Positions 24,836-35,439 of a stretch of DNA of 64,000 nt are shown one piece after another; within the stretch, counting starts at the first letter, position 1, and each line of letters opens with the position of its first letter. The notes under the pieces were generated by a model. That model was given only the letters and a program-made list of their open reading frames with translations, was not told the origin of the DNA and did no database searches. The translations under genes and the position numbers were made by a program. Source of the DNA: Heteronotia binoei (Eukaryota). The DNA lies in contig NC_083226.1 in the NCBI RefSeq assembly GCF_032191835.1, positions 125,178,001-125,242,000 on the forward strand, written 5' to 3'.

Positions 24836-26351
24836 ACTGGATGCAAACAATGTGGGATATCTAACCGTGGCTCTCTGCATAAAGGCATCTGTTGGAAGAG
24901 TTTTGCCACTTGCCACTTCTGTCTTCTCTTTTCTCTGTTCTCCTGAAGTATCTATTCCTAGCTATTCATTACGCTCTGGAGAGGTGTAGATACTTTTATA
25001 CATGTACACAATTTCCATTGCTTCAAGAGACTCTAACTGCATAACTTGCCTTCTTCGACTATACTAGTAGCCAAGTGAAAGTAAGAGTTACTGGGATGTT
25101 AACTATGTGTAATTCTATGCCTGCCTTTGGTAATATGGAGACAGTAATATGGGTTCTTGGTTGAGTTCCACCCCAAGTACTCAGAATAACTTGAGTATGC
25201 CATGATGATCTGTATCCTATGCATGGAACTCTTGTATTTCCCTTAATCGGTTATTGAGGTTTACTGGTTTCCAGTTGTCTCAGTGATTAAGCATCTCTTT
25301 CATATTGTTAGGCTTTTTCCATAGGTGTTATAATGTTATATATTTAAACTACTATGGAATTTAAAAACAACAGTAGCAATTTCTATCTGCTAATTCTTGG
25401 CTCATATATAAATCAGAATCCTCCTTCACTCAGTTTGTCGTGTAGCAGTATCTGAACCCCGCCCCCCTTCTTATTGGTTTTACTGGAGCGCTTGAAGCTT
25501 CATTATCTTGATGTCAGTATTGTTTCCTTTGACTGGCAGCAGCTCTGAAGTCTCAGATCAGAGTCTTGTATTACTTATTAGTAATAACTTATCAGTAATA
25601 TTACCAGATCCTTTTAATGAAGATGCTGGGTATTGAACCTTGGATTTCTGTATGCAAGTAGATGCTCTAACTCTGCAACAGCCTTATGATAATCCTTCTT
25701 GGCAATAAGAGGCCAAAAAAGTTTTGATCTTTAATTAGTGTTGTGAATGAAAGATTACCACACTCAATGCTGTACACAAATTATTTACAATCTCACAAAT
25801 CAGTGGTAGTGTAAAAGGCTACATAGACCTTAATGATTGAGGAAACAAACAAGAAAATTCCTTCCTGGACCCAATGAAGAGAGAAAGCTAGAGTATTTCC
25901 AATGAAAGCAGAGAGATTTATTATTTTATTGCACTGGGTTGCTACTGTCCACATTCTGAGGATGAATGTGCTGCTGGTCTCTTGAAAGCCAGAAAAGTCT
26001 GGGCCAGCAGCGTGTTGCCACCCAACAAAATAACTGTGCCATGCCAAGAACACTCCTCAACTAAGGAAACAGAGATATCGGGGAAAGAAAGATATTTTCA
26101 ACCACAAATTGACTTGACAGTGTGCCTGTAAAATGTTTATTTCTGGACATTTATGTGAATGATTCTTACTCTTTTTTGATATCTGATGTGAAGTCTGAGT
26201 CAAAATTGGTGTACATCTGAATTAGCCTCTTAAGGTAAACTAGCTTGAATAAGATCTGGCAAAAGAAAACAAACACATAATTCTATATTGTATGTGTGTG
26301 TTTTCCTCATAGAAATAGATTTTGTCATCATCATAGATAATAATTCCCCTA

Positions 26352-27168
26352 TGCAGAGAACATCATGCGGAATGCTGGCCTGGATGAAGCACAAGCCGGA
26401 ATTAAGATTGCCGGGAAAAACATCAACAACCTCAGATATGCAGATGACACCACTCTAATGGTAGAAAGTGAGGAGGACCTAAAGAATCTCTTGTTGAGGG
26501 TGAAAGAGGAGAACACTAAAGTAGGCTTGAAACTCAACATCAAAAAACCTAAGATCATGGCATCTGGCCCCATCAGACCTTGGCAAATAGAAGGGAAGTA
26601 GTAACAGACTTCACATTTCTGGGATCCAAGATCACTGCAGATGGTGACTGTAGCCATGAAATTAAAAGACGTTTACTCCTTGGGAGAACATCTATGGCGA
26701 ACCTGCCAACAAAAGTCCGTATAGTCAAAGCGATGGTATTCCCAGTAGTAATGTGTGGCTGTGAGAGCTAGACCATAAGGAAGCCCGAGCGCAGAAGAAT
26801 AGATGCTTTCGAGCTGTGGTGCTGGAGAAGACTCTTGAGAGTCCTTTGGACTGCAAGAAGATCAAATCAGTCAGTCCTAAGGGAAATCAACCCAAACTGT
26901 TCGCTGGAAGGTCAGATGCTGAAGCTCAAATACTTTGGCCACCAAATGAGAAGGGAGCACTCCCTGGAGAAGATCCTGATGCTTTGAAAAACAGAAGGCA
27001 AAAGAAGAAGGGGATGGCAAAAGATGAGATGGCTGGACAGTGTTACTGATGTAACAAACACAAATTTGAGCAGACTTCAGAGGATGGTGGAAGACAGGAG
27101 GGTCTGGTGTGACTTTGTCCATGGGGTCGCAAAGAGTCGGACTTGACTGTGCGACTGAACAGCAACAA
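26352..27168 (+). mobile_element. BovB LINE, 5'-truncated, frameshifted
   Basis: MRNAGLDEAQAGIKIAGKNINNLRYADDTTL (RT YADD motif), VVTDFTFLGSKITADGDCSHEIKRRLLLG, and 3' end GGGGTCGCAAAGAGTCGGAC...CTGAACAGCAAC. Confidence 0.93.
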
Positions 27169-27237
27169 GAGTAACCAAATGGAGTGCTCTCATTGGCTTA
27201 GAGTTGCACACTACAAACCATGTCTGGCCTCCCATTG

Positions 27238-28612
27238 GTTTATGTTTATGTTTAATTCGATTTATACCCTGCCCTCCCCACCAAGGCGGGCTCAGGGTGG
27301 CTTACATCAGAGTCATAGCGTGCTATGATCACAGTCATAAAACAATAAAACCATTTAAATATATAAGTTAAAACACATAGATTAAAACAATATACAGCTT
27401 GGTGCTAACACATTAGATGTTCCTCATAGTTCCAGGATGGCGCTTGTTCCAGAATTCTCCTTTGGTAGGTTGAAGGCTTGCTGGAAGAGAACGATCTTAC
27501 AGGCCTTGTGGAACTGGGCAAGGTCTCGCAAGACCCTAAGCTCTTCCGGCAGTTGATTCCACCAGGACGGGGCTGCCACTGAAAAGACCTGATCCCTGGT
27601 GGTCACTAATCTCGCCTCCCTCAGCCTGGGAATCACTAGGAGATGTTGGGATCTAGATCTTAGTACCCTCTGAGGAACGCGTGGGGACAGATGGTCCCTC
27701 AAGTAAATGGGTTCTTGGCCATACAGGGCTTTAAAAGTAATAACTAGCACCTTGTAACGAATCCGGCACACTATTGGTAGCCAGTGCAGTTCCTGCAGCG
27801 CTGGTTGTATGTGCTCCCACTTGGGTAGCCCTAATAGCAGCCTAGCAGCCACATTCTGCACTAGCTGGAGTTTCTGGGTTCGCGACAAAGGCAGCCCCAA
27901 GTAGAGGGCATTACAATAGTCCAAGCTCAAGGTGACCATTGCATGGATCACAGTTGCCAGGTCGCAACGGTCGAGGAAGGGAACCAACAGTTTTGCCCGC
28001 CTCAGATGAAAAAAGGCAGATTTCGCAGTTGCTGCTATCTGGGCTTCCATTGACAGGGAGGCTTCCAACAGCACCCCCAAACTTCTGACCATTGACAGTG
28101 GTGCCCCGTCAAAGGCTGGTAGGAAGATTTCCCTGCCCAGGCCACCGCGACTTTGGTAAAGGACCTCTGTCTTCGTTGGGTTCAGCTTCAGTTGGCTCAC
28201 CTTAAGCCAACCAGCCATGTATTTCAACGCCTGATCCAGGTTTTCTGGGACAGCGCCAGGCTGTCTGTCCATCAGTAGATAGAGCTGGGTGTCATCAGCG
28301 TACTGATGGCAACCCAGCCCATACCTCTGGACAATCTGGGCAAGGGGTCGCATGTAAATGTTAAACAACATTGGGGATAGAACCACCCCCTGAGGCACAC
28401 CGCAATTAAGCGGGTGTCTCTGGGACGACTCTCCCCCAATTGTGACACCCTTTGTCCCTGACCACATAGGAAAGAGAAAAGCCACTGTAAGGCTAGCCCC
28501 TGAATCCCTGCGTTGGTGAGGCAGTGGACTAGCAACTGATGGTTGACCGTATCGAACGCAGCCGATAGGTCTAACAATATCAGTACCGCTGAGCCATCTC
28601 GATCCAGATGGT
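27238..28612 (-). mobile_element. L2-clade LINE, 5'-truncated, with 353-aa RT remnant ORF (27424-28485) and frameshifted upstream part (28272-28577)
   Basis: LDLSAAFDTVNH, CGVPQGVVLSPMLFNIYM, HQYADDTQLY, LKLNPTKTE, LDYCNAL, WWNQLP motifs. 3' tail GTAAGCCACCCTGAG...GGGTATAAAT. Confidence 0.92.
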
Positions 28613-28819
28613 TGACTCTCCTGCCCCTACTGCAGGCCTGGAAATTTTGGACAAATTACCAAAACAGTTTTACCTCAGAGACAGACACATCACCATAATA
28701 TGACTAGGTGGCAAGGCCCGGCCCTGCTGGGAGTGTTTCTTCAAAGGCATCGCTGCCATCTCTTTCTTTGCACTCCCTCTCTCTCATCTCCCCTAGGTCT
28801 TGCCCCTAGTCAGAGGCTG

Positions 28820-29345
28820 TTGGTAGGCAACCAACTTCTGTCAGTAAAGGGAGAGGCATAGGTGAATAGAAAGGCATATAGTCCACTCTCCAAAGCAGTT
28901 CTTTTCTCCAGTGTGTGTGTGTGGGGGGGGGGAGAGATCAGTTGTCTGGAGTTCAGTTGTGATCCCAGGAGATTTTCAGGCTCCACATGGAGGTTGACTA
29001 CCCTAGGCCTGGCAGCACCCTCTGGGTGACTTGATGCCACCTGGCTGGCATAATTAGGCCTGACTGCTTGCTTCTGTTCAGCAGCAGCCCTGCTATGGCA
29101 GCCAATGTAACTTAGCAGTTGCCAAATCCAAATGGGAAATTCCTGGAGATTTGAGAGGTGGAGCCTGGAGAGGGTGAGTTTGAGAAGGGGTGGGACTTCA
29201 AGCAGGAGTCATGCCATAGACTCCACCCTCCAAACCAGCCATTTCCTCCTGGAGAACCACTGTTGCCAATTTCCAGGTGAAAGCTGGAGATCATTCAGAA
29301 TTATAACTGTGCTCCAGATGGCAGAGATCAGCTCCCCTGGAGGCT
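28820..29345 (+). mobile_element. Two degraded short hAT-type MITEs (family of 42382)
   Basis: Shares cctggagattt..gg..gagcctgg and ttttctccag..gagatcagttg motifs with the 42382 element. No clear TSD. Confidence 0.5.
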
Positions 29346-29852
29346 GGAGCAGGGAATGAATGCTTTTACATGGGTGGGAAGACAGCAAGAGTGGGGGGGG
29401 CACTCACCCAGACACTCTTTCTAGAACCCATTGTATTTTTCTTCACAACAGGACTTATTTCATGTGTTGTGTGTGTGTAATATTATATTACAGATGTACA
29501 GGATATTGTGAAAGATTTGTGAGCCCTGGAGATCACTTGCAATTTCTGTAAGAACACCAACTCCCACCTTGAGATTGATAAGCTTAGGTATTTAACTCTG
29601 ATTTCTCACCTTTTGTGGCAACTGCTTGCACTTGTTTTGCATTCCTGTTTATTAAAAAGAACATCCTATTTTCAAATTGTACAACTTAGAATTGTAAAAA
29701 TACAAAATACAGCAATTAAACTGAAACAACAAAGCTCAAAATAGGACAAATTAACAATAAAATCCTTTTAAAATATAGAACTAATCAAAAGTGAATTTAG
29801 CAAAAGCACCGAAATAAAGTAAGAGTCCAGTAGCACCTTTAAGACCAGCAAA

Positions 29853-30003
29853 GAGAACCAGTGTGGTATAGCGGTTAAGTGTGATGACTCTTATCTGGGA
29901 GAACCAGGTTTGATTCCCCACTCTTCCACTTGCACCTGCTGGAATCGCCTTGAGTCAGCCATAGCTCTGGCAGAGGTTGTCCTTGAAAGGGCAGCTGCTG
30001 TGA
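29853..30003 (+). mobile_element. Squam3-like tRNA SINE 5' half, fused to hAT MITE internal fragment (30004-30140)
   Basis: Aligns with the complete copy at 63343 up to ...GGGCAGCTGCTGTGAG, then switches to sequence nearly identical to 31250-31380. Confidence 0.8.
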
Positions 30004-30999
30004 GGGGGGCGGAAATGTCTGCTGGGCACTTCATTATTCCCTATGTGGAGATCGATTCTTATAGGATATAATGGGGAATTGATCAGGAGGTATTGGGGGC
30101 TCTGGGGGGCCCCCTGTTTTTTGAGGTAGAGGCACCACTCTCTTGAGTGTGCTGGTTTAGTTGGATCAGTTGTAGAGTCCCTGCTTCTTCTACTTGTTTA
30201 TTAGAATTGTAGATGTCATAAGCTCCTTTGTCCTGAAACCAGTTGCTCCCATACATGTACATTCTTGCTATTAAATGTGTGTTGTTTTGATCATGCACTT
30301 CTCTTCTATGTGAACTTGAGAGAATGAACCTAAGTACTCTGTTCCTAATTTGCAAGCAAATGGGAACATTATACTGCAGATCCTCAAATTGCTTGTGGAT
30401 GTGCCTGAACTGGGTACAGTATGCATTTTCTTGAACATCTTTTTTAAAGGTGCTGTTTTATATTCTCTCCCCCACCCATGGAGTAAAACTACTTTATAGG
30501 AGTTTTTATTCAACCAGATTATGTTCCTAGTATAAGCTTTTTCATTCAGTCTAGGCACCTTAAGTAACACTAACTGCAGTTGTAAATTTGTATGTCACTT
30601 TATCATTTTTGCCCATAATTTAGACAATGGTAGCCCTTATAAATATGCAAGCATACATGAAAAACAATTTCTTCCATGTGGTTATACAAGGGAAAATTAG
30701 GGAAACAACCGAGGAAAAATTAAATCCCTTTGCTCCTTGCAAGATATGATGAATGCAGGCATTTTACATTTAAATACTTTGGAATGATTTGCCAGCAGCC
30801 TCTGTTTCCAAAGTGGAGAGACCACCCTCTTCAGTGGTGAAATTTTTTCTCTTTGCTAGCTTAGTCATAGCAATTCTTGGATACAGACAGCTTGCTTTGT
30901 GAAGCTGTCCCAATATGTGTATTATTCGTGGATAATGGCCCACCAAAGAGACTTGGTGTGCTTGTAATGATAGGTTAAGGTTAGAACTTTAAGGCCAGC

Positions 31000-31669
31000 T
31001 AAGCTTGCCAGTCCCCAGGTCACAGCCGGGGGTTCTCCTGCTTTCCCAGACTCCTTCCCGCCCCCAGTCAGCTGGTCGTCGGAGGGAAGCCCCTCCCCCA
31101 CAGCCACCATGTGACTTTCCACCTCCGGAGGCTTCAGTCTCCGATTGGAAAGGCTTCCTCTTGGGATGGTATGTCTGTGTTACCTTGAAGTTGGCAGCAA
31201 CTCGTGAATAGAGATGCCAATCCCTCGCTTCAGTCGCCAGAAAAGGGGGGGGGGAGGGAAATGTCTGCTAGGCACTTCATTATTCCCTATGTGGAGATCG
31301 ATTCTTATAGGGTATAATGGGGAATTGATCTGGAGGTATCGGGGGCTCTGGGGGGGCTGTTTTTTGAGGTAGAGGCACCAGATTTTCAGTATAACATCTA
31401 GTGCCTCTCCCCAAAATACCCCCCAAGTTTCAAAACGATTGCACCAGGGAGTCCAATTCTATGAGCCCCAAAAGAAGGTGCCCCTATCCATTATTTCCTA
31501 TGGAAGGAAGGCATTTAAAAAGGTGTGCTGTCCCTTTAAATGTGATGGCCAGAACTCCCTTGGAGATCAGTTATGCTAGTCATACCCTTGCTCCTGGCTC
31601 TTCCCCAATGTATCCTGGCTCCACCCCCAAAGTCTCCAGATATTTCTTGAATTGGACTTGGCAACTCTA
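31000..31669 (+). mobile_element. hAT MITE, TAGGGTTGCCA family, long form (670 bp)
   Basis: Ends TAAGCTTGCCA / TGGCAACTCTA. TSD AGGCCAGC (30992-30999) vs AGGGCGGC (31670-31677), 6/8 match. Internal second 5' end TAGAGATGCCAATCCC at ~31210. Confidence 0.85.
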
Positions 31670-32329
31670 AGGGCGGCCTGGTATAAAATTTTCTTAAAAC
31701 TCTATTTTGATTTGAGAAGCCCGGGAAGCATTTATCCTGAAATTTCTCTACCAACCTCAACATTAGTTCTCTGTATGGTATTCACCGAGTAGAACCTGTG
31801 ATACTTACATTTTTGTTAAAGGTATGTGTCTGTACAGAGATGAACACCCTCTCTGATTCAATTGTATATATTAAACTGATCTCTAAAGTGTTAGAGGTAC
31901 CATAGTGTGTGGTCCTATAAGGTTTTGCTTGAAACCGATATTAACATTTTATACATTATTCAGCAATTTAAGAGAGGAACTTCCTTGCTGTGTTGAAACT
32001 TCAGTTTCTGTAATATGTGATTTCATTCTAAAATGGTGTAGCCCACATCCCTTTGAAGTCTGTAAGCTAAAATCAAATCAACTATTTTTATAGTGCTTTA
32101 CTCATGATAAGACTACTGAATGGTTTTATTCCAATTATTAATTACAAATGTTTGTATATTACAGGCAATCAAAATTTTAATCAAATTTTCAGATAAGGAA
32201 AACTTAGTTTCAGACTTAGACAAGTTTTCAAGTACATATTTTTGTAATGTTTAATGGTTTTAAGGTTTTAACTGTTTTAAATGTTTTAATTGTTTATATA
32301 TTTAAATACTTGTTTAATTTTATGTATGA

Positions 32330-32410
32330 CTATTTGTTGGGAGCTGCCCTGAGCCACTTGTGGGAAGGGTGGGATATAAATCATAAATAAATAAATAAAT
32401 AAAAAATAAT
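32330..32410 (+). mobile_element. L2-type 3' tail with (TAAA)n
   Basis: GAGCTGCCCTGAGCC...GGGTGGGATATAAATCATAAATAAATAAATAAAT. Confidence 0.7.
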
Positions 32411-32962
32411 GGCTGCTTTAAAATGCATTCATTTTCTTATGAAATGTTCTAGAAAGATTTACTGAGAAGTATAATTCAGAAGTTTATTATTGCCAGGGCT
32501 TTTTTTCGGGGGGGAACACAGTGGAATGGAGTTCCAGAATCTCTTAATGCAAACAAAATTCTCAAAAAATATTTAAAAGTTCATGAGGGGCACCCATGTG
32601 CTTCTCCTTCATTTCCCTCTTGAGAGTTCCAGCACTTCCCCCCCCCCAAAAAAAAAGAAAAGAAAAAAAAGCCTTGATTATTGCTCAGGTTTTTGTTGAC
32701 CAGCAGCTTTGTTTTCCTTTCAAATTCAGAAAAGGGACAGTGGACCAAACTATATGTTATAATAAAAGACCATTTAAAAATTGCAGTTTCTGTTCCTCTT
32801 GAACTGTTGTTCTGATCAAAATTTACAAAGACATCCATGATCCAAAAGGGAGAAAAAAATACAGGTGGATGATTTTTGGATCAAAACAGCAACTCAAGAG
32901 GAAAGGTTTAAGTACTCCTTTGCACACTATCTCTTCTGTATCTTCTTCGTGGTCTCTGTGCA

Positions 32963-33121
32963 TCACACTGATGGGAGTTAGGCGCCTGCGCCGATCTCGA
33001 TCGGTAAACTTAAAAGCTGCGGATTTCCGCGCCGACGTCCCAGTGCGCATGCCCAGGAGCCCCCACCGCGCATGCTCACTGCGACGGGCACGGACATCCC
33101 GCCAGTTCTCTTCTGACCGCC
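32963..33121 (+). repeat. DIRS left inverted terminal repeat (partner 38536-38693)
   Basis: Base-by-base reverse complement match except gccagttcTcttctg vs gccagttc-cttctg. Confidence 0.95.
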
Positions 33122-33324
33122 GCGCTGATCAGTCGATCTACTTGCTTCGGTCGGTGAACTTTTTTCCCTTTCTTTGGATAGCATAGTTAGCTGTAGATAG
33201 TTTTTCGTAGTTATAGTTGTAGTTGTTAGTTAGTATTAGCTGCTTGTTTTTGGGGGCGTGTGGGTGGAACGCGTTGGTTTTTGTTCCTTCCCCCCCCTCC
33301 CCTGTCTTCCCGCCTTTCTGGCGT

Positions 33325-35439
33325 ATGGAAAGGCGGTGGGGATTTTTTCGGCGGTGCTCCAAGTGCGGGAGCAAAATAGCTCCACCTGACGGGCATTCTC
33401 TCTGCCTCCTGTGCCTTGGAGAACAACATCGCCCCGACTCTTGCACGCACTGTGCAAAATTCTCTAGACAGACCCGAAAGAACAGAGCGGCGAGGCTTGC
33501 GGCGGCCCTCATGGAGCAAACCTTGTCTCCGGTTTGTTCTTCGGCGGAAAAGACAGACCAGCCTGTCGCTACCGACCCGCCATCGACATCGACGTCTTCG
33601 ATGGTCGATACCGAGCGCCCTCTTTCCGACGCCGAACGGCACGTGAAACGCACTGCCCCGGCTCCTTTGTTGGACTCCTCTATGCCAGCTAAGCGGTTTA
33701 AAGAGGATAAGGGCTTGGAGGGCGAGAGGAAGAAGAAGGCGAAAAGGCTGGATAAGCCGAAGCCGAAATCCTCATCCTTCGTCGCTCCCGTCTCCCCTAC
33801 GGACCCGACGGCTCCGATCATACCGCCGCTGAAGCTGCTTGCCTCTCCGATTCGGCCGCTAGCATCGATGTCGACGGAGCTCGTCATCTCCTCCGACTCC
33901 GACCAGGAGATCGAGCCCGGCCAGCGTCCCGACATCGATCCACCGTTTCGACCCTGTCCTCGACCCTCCCATAGTCCACACTCTCGGGACCGAGAGAGAG
34001 AACCCAAGGACCGATCGCCTAGGAGCCGCTCTCCTCGAAGCCGAGACCCTGCGCAGATCCCATGGGACCAGAGGCAATGGCAATATCTGTATGGGGCCTA
34101 CCCCATGCAGCCGTCTTTCCCATGGCTCCCTCCTCGTCAGCCTGATTGGGATCAATCCTCCGACGCCTCCTACCGGTCTCGGACATCTTACCGTCCTCCA
34201 TGCCGTCCACCCTCCGCTTCGGTGTCGAAGGCTCCCGACGTCGAGGACGCTAGACCATCGGCTCGGCATAGAGCCCCAGTAGAGAAGCCGAAGCCGAAAC
34301 TTCCGGTGTCGCCGCCCGACCCGCATCTATCGGATCGTTCGGACTCACCTGCCAGATCGTCCAGGTCGCATGAGGCCTCGTCGGCTGACGAGCAAGACAC
34401 TTCTTCACCTGGGGAACCCTCCCCTTCACAGAAGACGTCCGAGGAACAACCAATCTCCCCGTCGGAGGACTTAAAATCATACGGGGACTTGGTTAAGCGC
34501 ATGGCCCAGTCACTATCTCTCACCACGGTGCAACCCGAACCGGTCATCACCAACACGGTGTTCAACATCGTTCAGAGGGATACCTCCACCGCGGTGGCCC
34601 TGCCTTTGACCAGTGTCATGATGCATACGGCTAAGGCTTCGTGGGATAAACCCATGTCGATGCCAGTATCGTCTAGACGCCTGGATCATATGTACCGAAT
34701 CCAGGAAGCCAGGGCGGAGTTCCTACATAATCATCCTCGTTCGAACTCCATCGTTGTCTCGTCGTCTTCGCAAGCCAAAAAGACGCACTCCACTCCTCCT
34801 GATAAAGAGGGGAAGAAATTAGACTCTATGAGCAGGAGGCTGTACTCTGCTGGGTCTTTGGGCGTTAAAATCACCAACTACGCGGCCTGTATGGGCTGTT
34901 ACCAATATGGCCTTTGGGACCAGGTTTCTACGCTCCTCCCCAGCCTTCCCGAGCAGACCAAGGTCGCCCTCCGCAGACTGCAGAAGGAAGGTATGCTGCT
35001 AGCAAAGCAACAATTGAACTCCTCCAAACACTCGGGCGACACCTGCGCGAAGACACTGACGACCGCCATCGCGCTACGCCGCCACTCCTGGCTCAGATCT
35101 ACGGCCCTCCAACATGATACCCAGGCCTATATAGAGGACTTGCCGTTCGATGGCTCTGGTCTGTTTAGTGCAACCACCGACTCGGTGTTGCAAGAAATGG
35201 ATAAGAGCATCAAAACGTCGAGGAACCTGGGGGTCTCCGCCGCACGGCCTCAGTCAAAACGACAAGGACCAAAGCCTTGGAACAGGAAACCGTTTCCCAA
35301 GTCGCCGGACCAGCCATGGCGCCCCAAGTCTGCTTCGCCATACTCCAAGCAGCAGTACACCCCCAAGCCGAAATACTCTCCTCCAGCTGGCCAGCCCTCT
35401 AGGCAGAAGGGTTCCAAGCAACCCAAGCAGGGCCTTTGA
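33325..35439 (+). CDS. DIRS ORF1 Gag-like protein (704 aa from the first ATG): N-terminal Cys/His cluster, Pro/Ser/Arg-rich linker, C-terminal LAP2alpha-like domain
   Basis: Uninterrupted ORF. CSKC..(x)..HSLCLLCLGEQH..DSCTHC; C-terminal LRRHSWLRST...IEDLPFDGSGLF is typical of vertebrate DIRS Gag. Confidence 0.88.
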   Translation: MERRWGFFRRCSKCGSKIAPPDGHSLCLLCLGEQHRPDSCTHCAKFSRQTRKNRAARLAAALMEQTLSPVCSSAEKTDQPVATDPPSTSTSSMVDTERPLSDAERHVKRTAPAPLLDSSMPAKRFKEDKGLEGERKKKAKRLDKPKPKSSSFVAPVSPTDPTAPIIPPLKLLASPIRPLASMSTELVISSDSDQEIEPGQRPDIDPPFRPCPRPSHSPHSRDREREPKDRSPRSRSPRSRDPAQIPWDQRQWQYLYGAYPMQPSFPWLPPRQPDWDQSSDASYRSRTSYRPPCRPPSASVSKAPDVEDARPSARHRAPVEKPKPKLPVSPPDPHLSDRSDSPARSSRSHEASSADEQDTSSPGEPSPSQKTSEEQPISPSEDLKSYGDLVKRMAQSLSLTTVQPEPVITNTVFNIVQRDTSTAVALPLTSVMMHTAKASWDKPMSMPVSSRRLDHMYRIQEARAEFLHNHPRSNSIVVSSSSQAKKTHSTPPDKEGKKLDSMSRRLYSAGSLGVKITNYAACMGCYQYGLWDQVSTLLPSLPEQTKVALRRLQKEGMLLAKQQLNSSKHSGDTCAKTLTTAIALRRHSWLRSTALQHDTQAYIEDLPFDGSGLFSATTDSVLQEMDKSIKTSRNLGVSAARPQSKRQGPKPWNRKPFPKSPDQPWRPKSASPYSKQQYTPKPKYSPPAGQPSRQKGSKQPKQGL

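Noticed and set aside
26330-27190. Target-site duplication for the plus-strand BovB copy
   Set aside because: No matching direct repeat found at the two ends by eye.
33138-34007. 289-aa antisense ORF within DIRS gag
   Set aside because: Shadow of a GC-rich, low-complexity coding strand; no recognisable motif.
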